From a virus, in the IMG/VR virus record IMGVR_UViG_3300037307_000190: a stretch of DNA of 64,000 nt. The stretch is one strand, 5' to 3'. Shown here in pieces: positions 27,573 to 34,323 of the stretch (position 1 is its first letter; every line of letters starts with the position of its first letter). Both the position numbers and the translations under genes were made by a program. The notes beneath the pieces were generated by a model. That model saw nothing but the letters and a program-made list of their open reading frames with translations, was not told the DNA's origin and searched no databases.

Positions 27573-27669
27573 GCCTAACGTAGCCGTGGCGGTTGGTTCT
27601 CTGTTCTCTTCGCCAAGCCTCAAGCCTTGCCCGAAGCTGGGCTTCCGTTGCGCCTCTCATCCGTTCCAT
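27573..27669 (+). repeat. possible partial attC-like element J
   Basis: GCCTAAC GTAGC... is present, but I could not find a convincing partner box (GTTGCGC or GTTCCAT) or good arm pairing. Confidence 0.3.
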
Positions 27670-28127
27670 CCTTCCAGCAGCGTCTCCACGAAGCCCTGCC
27701 GCGACTGTATCGACGCCATCGGCCACAGGAACTGCTGCGCATGGTCTGTTCGCAGGAACTGCCACACCGCGCGCACCAGCTCGCGAAACTCGTTGTCTTC
27801 CATCTTCTCCCACTTGATCGACTTTGGAAGAGCCATCATTCGTCCCTTGGGACCCGGCATGAAGTCGGCGTAGCCTGCGCCCACCGTCAGCCATGCGCGC
27901 ATCTGATCCTCGTCGATGAACTGCTCCTGCTGCTTAAACAGTTCGTTGAGCATCACGAAGAACATCTTGTGGAAGCCTGGGCTGCGCGGCTCGTTCCAGG
28001 CGAAGGACAGCAGCTCGCCGGGCCACAGGTGCTCAAGGCGCTTCTTGAACCGGGCATACGCCCGCTCGCCCTTCTCGCCAAACCCGACGATGTGCCCGCT
28101 ATCGTCCTTGGTGATGAGCACTTGCAT
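27657..28127 (-). CDS. hypothetical phage protein (156 aa)
   Basis: Track ORF with good GC3 and GTAGGGGAC upstream. Confidence 0.6.
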   Translation of the reverse strand: MQVLITKDDSGHIVGFGEKGERAYARFKKRLEHLWPGELLSFAWNEPRSPGFHKMFFVMLNELFKQQEQFIDEDQMRAWLTVGAGYADFMPGPKGRMMALPKSIKWEKMEDNEFRELVRAVWQFLRTDHAQQFLWPMASIQSRQGFVETLLEGWNG

Positions 28128-28251
28128 CAGCAGTCCCCTACACCGTCGCCGGCTTGTGGCTCATGGTGCTGTTCTCATGCTGTGACTTATGGCAGTGCAG
28201 CCGCATTGCGGCGGGCGCGCAGGGCCTCGACGTCGGGCTCCGCTTCCATGG

Positions 28252-28416
28252 TCAGAACGTGGTGGGTTGCGCGATGCCGCAAATCACGGCCATGAAGCCG
28301 CGCTGCAGGTCGGTGGCGCCGATGCTGATCCACCGCTGATCCAGCGGCATCAGCGCCGCTTCTTCTGGCGTCAGTTGGCGGTAGCCGGTGATCTTGGGTT
28401 GCACGAAAGTTTCCAT
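28252..28416 (-). CDS. small protein (54 aa) resembling a shortened Acb2/Tad1-hairpin type phage protein
   Basis: Hand translation gives METFVQPKITGYRQLTPEEAALMPLDQRWISIGATDLQRGFMAVICGIAQPTTF. AGAGGAA upstream. The termini match a remembered family pattern, GYR.L(S/T).EE.AL ... RW..IG.T.LQ.G.MA..RA.AQP..F. Confidence 0.45.
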   Translation of the reverse strand: METFVQPKITGYRQLTPEEAALMPLDQRWISIGATDLQRGFMAVICGIAQPTTF

Positions 28417-28465
28417 GTCGTTCCTCTACGTTGTGCCGCTTTTCGATGGTGCCGGCTAACTATCA

Positions 28466-28499
28466 TGCGAGGATACGACGAGGTCAACCATTGTGTCAA
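28466..28499 (-). promoter_or_regulatory. candidate leftward promoter (TTGACA-18 nt-TATCCT)
   Basis: The minus strand reads TTGACAcaatggttgacctcgtcgTATCCT about 50 nt upstream of the 28416 start. Coordinates are approximate. Confidence 0.35.
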
Positions 28500-28854
28500 A
28501 TCGTCATTACGCGCGGCGGCGACGAAATTCAGCGGCGCGACGTGCCCGTGCTGGCGCGACGACCACGTCCACACATAGACTGATGAGTCACCCAACCGCG
28601 CAACGCGGGGATCAAATACACCCATCTTAGATACAGGGGTGAAGCTGCCCGCTGGTGGGAAGACCCAGCCCTCCCTGCGGGGGGATGAACCTTCACGAAC
28701 TGCCCGCCGGAGCCGCTCGACCCGGAAGCCTTTCGTCGGTAGGGCGCTTCCTTCGCCACCCCGTTGCCCTGTCTCGCCGACTGTCCCCCAGTAGGGCTAT
28801 CGTGTTGCCGGCGCTGGTGCCAAGAGCGCGTCCACCGGCAGCATCAAAGCCGGG

Positions 28855-29724
28855 TCAACAGCGCACGACGTACTTCGCGTTGGAAAGCAGTTGCTGCTGC
28901 ATCAGGCTGGCGGCGCGGTCGCCGATCTCTTGAATCCAGTCGGCCCAATCGGTTCCATCGATCCCCACGGGGTAGGCGAGGCCGCATCCAATCTCGTCGG
29001 CGATCGCCCTGGCCTTCTCCACGCCGGGGTTGCGCCCCGTCTTCAGCCCTGTTCGCCAGTCGTTGTCAGCGGCGATCACCACCGAGCCCTCGGGTGCCGT
29101 GGCGCGTATAACCGGGGCGATGTTGTCGGCGAAATACGCCACGACAACGCGCACCATCTTGATCGACTGGTAGATCGCCAACCCGGTTGCCAGTCCTTCG
29201 CAGAACACCGTCACCGGCGCCTTGCGTTCAAGCACCACGCTTCCTCCGCGCACAGGGGCATTCGGCCAGAAGCGCTTCTCGCCTTCACCATCAATCGTCT
29301 GGATCGACATCAGGCCGCACTGGCCCATCACGGGGCTGACGAGTTGACCGTCTCTCTCTCGCATGATCGGTAGCGGTGACAGGCCCTTGCCACGCAGGTA
29401 TGGATGAGAGCGCACTGGCCGGCAACCGCGCCACCACGCGCGCGCCGCGCGGATCGCCTCGCGCTTCTCCTGCTGTCGGCGCTCTCGCATCTGTTCAATG
29501 GCTCTTGGGTCGTAGCGACCGCATTCGCCATTCCAGCGTCCGATCGGTTCCGACGAACCTGTTGTCCAGTCTCCGTAGACGCCGCGGCCGTCGGGGTGGA
29601 GCACGTACCACCCGTTCTCACGGTTGGGCTTGGCTTCGGTCCTGCACCTTCGGATCTTGCCGTCCGGCACCACCGCCTTCGGCATGAAGCCGCGACCGAT
29701 CAGCTCTTGCTCAAATGTGTTCAT
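28855..29724 (-). CDS. Toprim-domain DNA primase-like protein
   Basis: VVIAADNDW...GRNPGVEKARAIA (Toprim DxD region). The N-terminal part resembles P4/plasmid-type primase-associated regions. Confidence 0.7.
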   Translation of the reverse strand: MNTFEQELIGRGFMPKAVVPDGKIRRCRTEAKPNRENGWYVLHPDGRGVYGDWTTGSSEPIGRWNGECGRYDPRAIEQMRERRQQEKREAIRAARAWWRGCRPVRSHPYLRGKGLSPLPIMRERDGQLVSPVMGQCGLMSIQTIDGEGEKRFWPNAPVRGGSVVLERKAPVTVFCEGLATGLAIYQSIKMVRVVVAYFADNIAPVIRATAPEGSVVIAADNDWRTGLKTGRNPGVEKARAIADEIGCGLAYPVGIDGTDWADWIQEIGDRAASLMQQQLLSNAKYVVRC

Positions 29725-31193
29725 GCTCGGCTACCCTTTGCCCATCGGATGTTCTGGTATCGGATGAGGTTGGCCACGGCTGTGTCTGCCGGCACCGGGG
29801 TCGTCATCTCGAACTTGCGCGTCGGCCATTGCCCAACCATTTGTCGGTAGATCGCCAACGCCATCTTCTTTGCCGCGACCGGATCGTTCGGGCGGCGCTG
29901 GGTGGCGTACCACACGACCATCGGCCAGACCAAGCGCGTCAGTTCCGCTTCGCGCCCGCCGGCGATCAGTTCCTTCAGAGATCCAGCCACGTGAACCGGA
30001 GCGGCCCTCGGTGGATACTCGTGACCGCACTCAGGGCACGTCGGTCTCGGTGTGTGAAGCGCGCCGCACGACGGGCACTTGATGAACGTCGGCTCCTTCT
30101 CGTGCGCCTTCTGCCTCTCCTTGTGCTTGTGCTCGTCGAGCGCTTCCAGTCCGCGGTCGAAGAACGCCTCCGTGTCGAGGTAGAACCGCGCGGCATTTCC
30201 AGAGTGATCCAGCACGATGCAGTCCGTCTTGCCGTCGCTCGGCCGCAGGCCGCGGCCGAACAACTGGATGTGCTCGGCCATCGACTTCCGTAGCGGGCGG
30301 GCCATGATGATGCAGCTCACGTCTGGCACGTCGAACCCGCGCGACGCAGCGGTGACGGTGATGAGCCCGCGGATCGCCGAGGTGGGCTTGCGGAACTCGC
30401 TGACCACGTCGAAGCGATCGGCGACGTTGTCCTTGTAGGTGTAGGACGCGACGTTGACGCCGGCGGCGATGAACTGCCGGGCCAACTCGTCGACGTGCGC
30501 CGTATCCACCGCGCTGCAGATGAACTTCCGGCCGTTGGCGTGCTTGAGATATTCGTCGACCACGTTGCCGACCACACGCAGCGCGCGCTCGGACGTTTCC
30601 TTCTCGTCCCACTCCCCAGACGACCTGACCGTCACGCCGGTCATGTCAGGCTCCTGGCAACTGAAGATGCGGTAGGGGGCCAGCCAGCCCTCGTTGATGA
30701 GGGCGCGCGTGGTGGTGACGTTGACCACGCCGTCGAACCAAGCCGACAGACCCTTGTTGAAGGGCGTGGCCGTCAAGCCGATGATGATGGATGCCTTCTG
30801 CCGCATCCTCGCCTTGTGCGCTTGATGCAGGATGTGCGCCTCGTCGAACACGTCGAGCACGCTGTCCGGCCACGCGCGTCGCGCCAGCGTCTGCACCGAG
30901 CACACCTGCGTCAGCGCCTGCGGCTCCCACTTCGGGTGATCGCCTTGCACGACACCGTGGCTCAGCTCGTACTTGTCGAACATCGCGCTGGTCTGGTCGA
31001 TGAGACTCAGCCTGTCCACCACGAACGTCGAATTCGAGTTCTTCTGCTGCGCCCTCTCCATCAGGGATGACGCCAGCACCGTCTTGCCGGCCCCTGTGGG
31101 CGCTACGATGAGCAGCGACTTCGCGCCTTGCTTTATCCGGTATCGAGCATCCTCGAGCGCTTTAACTTGATAGTCGCGCAGCTCGATCTTCAT
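29721..31193 (-). CDS. SF2 DEAD/DEAH-box helicase with a C-terminal zinc ribbon
   Basis: M52 of the track ORF, with ATGA overlap to the upstream stop. Motifs APTGAGKT, FDEAHILH and QLFGRGLR, plus CPSCG...CPECG. Confidence 0.8.
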   Translation of the reverse strand: MKIELRDYQVKALEDARYRIKQGAKSLLIVAPTGAGKTVLASSLMERAQQKNSNSTFVVDRLSLIDQTSAMFDKYELSHGVVQGDHPKWEPQALTQVCSVQTLARRAWPDSVLDVFDEAHILHQAHKARMRQKASIIIGLTATPFNKGLSAWFDGVVNVTTTRALINEGWLAPYRIFSCQEPDMTGVTVRSSGEWDEKETSERALRVVGNVVDEYLKHANGRKFICSAVDTAHVDELARQFIAAGVNVASYTYKDNVADRFDVVSEFRKPTSAIRGLITVTAASRGFDVPDVSCIIMARPLRKSMAEHIQLFGRGLRPSDGKTDCIVLDHSGNAARFYLDTEAFFDRGLEALDEHKHKERQKAHEKEPTFIKCPSCGALHTPRPTCPECGHEYPPRAAPVHVAGSLKELIAGGREAELTRLVWPMVVWYATQRRPNDPVAAKKMALAIYRQMVGQWPTRKFEMTTPVPADTAVANLIRYQNIRWAKGSRA

Positions 31194-32047
31194 GCTGCTA
31201 CGCGCTCGGACAGAAGAACTTCGATGGCTGGCGCCACCTTCGTTGGGGCATCGACCCCGAGCAGCTTGGCGCAGCGCCTGAGCTGGTTGCTGTAAACCTG
31301 CAGCCTGCGCGTCATGGCGTTGAGCTGATCGAGCAGTTCGCCGCACTGGCGTTTGAAGTTGTCACGCTGCTTGATGACCTTGACCAGTTCCGCGTTCTTG
31401 TCGGCGGCGCGGTAGGACTGCAACTCCTCTTGCGCCTGCTCGTAGTCTCGCTGCTGCTGCAGCAGATCGTCCGCATTCGGCATCGCGTCGGCCGGCGTCA
31501 CGTCCTTCGCGTCTTCTGGGGGCGCCACTGACGGCGGCGCCTTGATGACGTACCCGCGCGGCTTGGATGTCTGCTTCGCTTCGGCCTGCTTCTTCTGCTC
31601 TCGCTCTCCGGCCAATTTCAGCTTCGCCGTGACCCTGGCCTTTTCCTGGGAGACCCGCGCCTCCCACTCCTTCAGCGCCGACTCGAACTCGACCTCCGGG
31701 ACTGCCGCCAAACGTTGAGCATTGGCTGACAAATCTTTGGTAATACCAACGTCTTTTAGCGTGATTTCAACCTTTTCTACGGGCGGTCGTTGCACACGAC
31801 CGCCCGCAATTGAGCCCCGCCTACCTGTCGCCATGTTGCCGCTCTTCTTCTGCGCGGCCAGCAGTTGACCCAGTCTCCGCTGGGATCGCAGCTTCAGTGC
31901 GCACGCACTTATCTCAAGCGACTTGTCCTTTGCCATGCGAGCGTAGGCGCGGGCCATGTCCGCGTAGTCCTCCCAGCCCTTCACTTCATCGACCTTCACG
32001 CACGCTTGAACAGCGGCGACAGCCTTGTCATAGGCGACCAGTTCCAT
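31190..32047 (-). CDS. hypothetical replication-module protein (285 aa)
   Basis: GGAGGA lies 7 nt upstream of the second ATG, with a TGATG overlap to the upstream stop. Coiled-coil C-terminal half. Confidence 0.6.
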   Translation of the reverse strand: MELVAYDKAVAAVQACVKVDEVKGWEDYADMARAYARMAKDKSLEISACALKLRSQRRLGQLLAAQKKSGNMATGRRGSIAGGRVQRPPVEKVEITLKDVGITKDLSANAQRLAAVPEVEFESALKEWEARVSQEKARVTAKLKLAGEREQKKQAEAKQTSKPRGYVIKAPPSVAPPEDAKDVTPADAMPNADDLLQQQRDYEQAQEELQSYRAADKNAELVKVIKQRDNFKRQCGELLDQLNAMTRRLQVYSNQLRRCAKLLGVDAPTKVAPAIEVLLSERVAA

Positions 32048-32349
32048 CACGGTTTCCTCCATTCAAATCCAGGGCATCGTTGCAACAAGAACGGCATCAC
32101 CCGCATGTCCTTGGGAACACCGGGCTCGAGCTGTCCACGCTTGGCTTTCCAGCACCCATGATCGCGTTGCATGTGGGCGCACTCGACACAGACCCGACGG
32201 TCGTCACCGTCGCGGTCGCGATACACCAGTTTTTCGGCCCATGTCTCCGCCTTCGGTCTGAACCCTGAGCGCGAGAACATCTCCACACGGAGAGTGAAGC
32301 GGCGGATTTCGGCGTCGTTCCACGCCGACCCTATGGGCCAATCGATCAC
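32047..32349 (-). CDS. hypothetical protein (100 aa)
   Basis: GTG start in a GTGA overlap with the upstream stop. Motif CVECAHMQRDHGC. Confidence 0.5.
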   Translation of the reverse strand: MIDWPIGSAWNDAEIRRFTLRVEMFSRSGFRPKAETWAEKLVYRDRDGDDRRVCVECAHMQRDHGCWKAKRGQLEPGVPKDMRVMPFLLQRCPGFEWRKP

Positions 32350-32600
32350 GTATTGCCCTTGCGCGGCAACCGAAGCGGCATGGCGGCCAGACGCAGGTCG
32401 GCCTTCGCCGAGATCCCGACAAGCGCGCCGGAACCCCAACCGATGCCGGCGGCGGCCCGCGCCTCGCGTTGCGTCGAGGCATCTTGCTGGCGCTGTGTGT
32501 CTGTCCTCGCGCCGCCCATCGACCGCGCGAGCTTGGGTTCGTAGCCGCCGAGCCAGCGGCGCATCTCTGCCGTGTAGAACGGCTTGTCCGCCGGCTTCAC
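32346..32600 (-). CDS. hypothetical protein (84 aa)
   Basis: GTG start in a GTGA overlap with the stop of the Cro-like gene. The start is uncertain (alternative TTG at 32645). Confidence 0.45.
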   Translation of the reverse strand: MKPADKPFYTAEMRRWLGGYEPKLARSMGGARTDTQRQQDASTQREARAAAGIGWGSGALVGISAKADLRLAAMPLRLPRKGNT

Positions 32601-32836
32601 CGCGCGCCCTTTCTTGCTCGTTTTCTTTGCTGCGGCAGCGTCCAATGCACCTTCCCCTCGGCCTTCAGCTTGCGCCAGAGTGAGGGCGCTCGCTCGGGAA
32701 GACGGAGCACCCAGAGTTCTGGAACCCAGTCCCCCCACTCGTAGATGGCTTGGCGCGAAGCTCCGATCTTGCGACCGAGTTCCGCTTGCACGCCGCCGGC
32801 TGCGTTGATGAGATCGATCTTTCGGATGTGTGCCAT
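32597..32836 (-). CDS. Cro/YdaS-like HTH regulator (79 aa), first gene of the leftward operon
   Basis: GGVQAELGRKIGASRQAIYEW is a helix-turn-helix pattern. There is no SD. The ATG lies 6 nt downstream of a TATGAT -10 element. Confidence 0.7.
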   Translation of the reverse strand: MAHIRKIDLINAAGGVQAELGRKIGASRQAIYEWGDWVPELWVLRLPERAPSLWRKLKAEGKVHWTLPQQRKRARKGAR

Positions 32837-32932
32837 TGCAGGATCATAGCACAGCAGTCAACAGGTCAAGCTATAATTACTACCGAGACAATGGGGCATT
32901 GACATCCTATCGACCATGCTTCATCATTGACA
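32837..32932. promoter_or_regulatory. divergent early promoter/operator region
   Basis: Leftward: TTGACC (32864-69, complement), 15 nt, then TATGAT (32843-48, complement). Rightward: TTGACA (32899-904), 17 nt, then CATCAT. Four TTGAC motifs lie in a two-plus-two inverted arrangement. A TATAAT sits at 32872-77. Confidence 0.5.
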
Positions 32933-33238
32933 ATGGAACAGGACGAAACGAAGTGTGAGATTTGTCACTGCCGACTTCCCAGCAGCGCAGCAGTCGCCGA
33001 TTATGAGAGGTCTGACCTTTGCGTTGTCTGCGAGACGCGCGACATTCTTGGCGCGTACTGGCAGTTGGTTGGTGATGACCCGGTCCCCTCATCACTGTTT
33101 GACGACGTGGAGCACGAAGAACAGCCTCCACTTCGATGCAGATGGTGCAGGGCGGTCCCTGTGTTGATTCTGCTGGCCTTCTTGATGGGCGTGCTGCTGA
33201 CGTGGTGCGCGCCCGTGTGGATTTCAATGCATTGGTGA
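32933..33238 (+). CDS. zinc-ribbon protein with a C-terminal TM anchor (101 aa)
   Basis: CEICHC...CVVC...CRWC followed by VPVLILLAFLMGVLLTWCAPVWI. The ATG lies directly downstream of the candidate -10 and has no SD. Confidence 0.55.
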   Translation: MEQDETKCEICHCRLPSSAAVADYERSDLCVVCETRDILGAYWQLVGDDPVPSSLFDDVEHEEQPPLRCRWCRAVPVLILLAFLMGVLLTWCAPVWISMHW

Positions 33239-33239
33239 C

Positions 33240-33473
33240 ATGGAACAATCTTCAGGCTTCTACCTTGTGAGCAACGGCAAGCATGCCCGCCTTCCACACC
33301 GCCGCCCCACGCGCCACATGAGTGTCGTGCAGCGAATGCGCGCCGCCTACTGGCGTTGGCGCGCGCGCGGCGCAGAACTCGATGCCCAGTGGGCTGACAG
33401 CGAACTCCAAGCAGAGGTGTACCGACACTACGCGGCCGCATACCGGGTCAAGGCTGCGCTGGCGGATCAATAG
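33240..33473 (+). CDS. hypothetical protein (77 aa)
   Basis: ATG 1 nt after the upstream TGA. Track ORF. Confidence 0.5.
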   Translation: MEQSSGFYLVSNGKHARLPHRRPTRHMSVVQRMRAAYWRWRARGAELDAQWADSELQAEVYRHYAAAYRVKAALADQ

Positions 33474-33495
33474 ACCCGCGGAGAGAGAGGATGAG

Positions 33496-34323
33496 ATGAA
33501 GACGAGACGAGAAGACGTTGGCATCGAACTGATGCAGTTCGAGCCCGAGCCCGTTGCACAGCAGCTCCCGGTCCCCACTGTGGCAACGCCGGCCGTACTG
33601 CTGGCGATGGCGGTGCAACAAGGCGCCGACCTCGACCGGCTTGAACGGTTGATGGCGCTGCAAGAACGCTGGGAGAAGAACGAAGCGAAGAAGGAAGCCG
33701 ACGGCGCCATGTCGGCGTTCCGCGGCGAGCCGATCGACATCACGAAGAAGAAGCACGTCAGCTACAAGCTCGACTCGGGTGGCCGTGTCGACTACCACCA
33801 CGCGGAACTGGCGGACATCACCTCAGCCATCGGGCCGGCGCTTGCGAAGCACGGACTCACCTATCGGTGGGACGTTCAGCAGACGCCGAACAGCATCACC
33901 GTGGAGTGCATCGTCGCGCACCGTGGCGGCCATTCGCACAGTGTCTCGATGCACGCGCCGCCGGACAACAGTGGGAAGAAGAACCCGATCCAGCAGATCG
34001 CCTCGACCGTCACGTACCTTGAGCGGTACACACTGCAAGCGGCGCTTGGGTTGAGTTCGCGCGACGACGACGACGACGGACGTGGCGGTGACGACGTCGA
34101 GGAGGTGAGGCCGCCGGTCAAGCCGGCCGCCAAGACGCCGTGGCCTGACGAGGCGTTTGCCAAGTGGGTTTCCACCAAGGCTCAAGACGCGATCAACAAG
34201 GGCGCGCAGCACGACTCCGTGCTTGGCTTCGCCGCCGCCAAAGGTTCGCTCACCGAAGACCAGAAGGCGGCCATCCTGGCGCTGACGAAGCAAGCCCCCG
34301 CGGCAGAAGGAGCGCACGAATGA
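33496..34323 (+). CDS. ERF-family single-strand annealing protein
   Basis: M59 of the track ORF, with GAGAGAGGA upstream. QQIASTVTYLERYTLQAALGLSSRDDDDDG matches the ERF signature (recollection). Confidence 0.75.
   Translation: MKTRREDVGIELMQFEPEPVAQQLPVPTVATPAVLLAMAVQQGADLDRLERLMALQERWEKNEAKKEADGAMSAFRGEPIDITKKKHVSYKLDSGGRVDYHHAELADITSAIGPALAKHGLTYRWDVQQTPNSITVECIVAHRGGHSHSVSMHAPPDNSGKKNPIQQIASTVTYLERYTLQAALGLSSRDDDDDGRGGDDVEEVRPPVKPAAKTPWPDEAFAKWVSTKAQDAINKGAQHDSVLGFAAAKGSLTEDQKAAILALTKQAPAAEGAHE

Noticed and set aside
28560-28610. CTGATGAG motif suggestive of a hammerhead ribozyme core.
   Set aside because: No GAAA/GAAAC box or three-stem arrangement could be drawn. Only a 5-bp hairpin (CCGCG caa CGCGG) is present.
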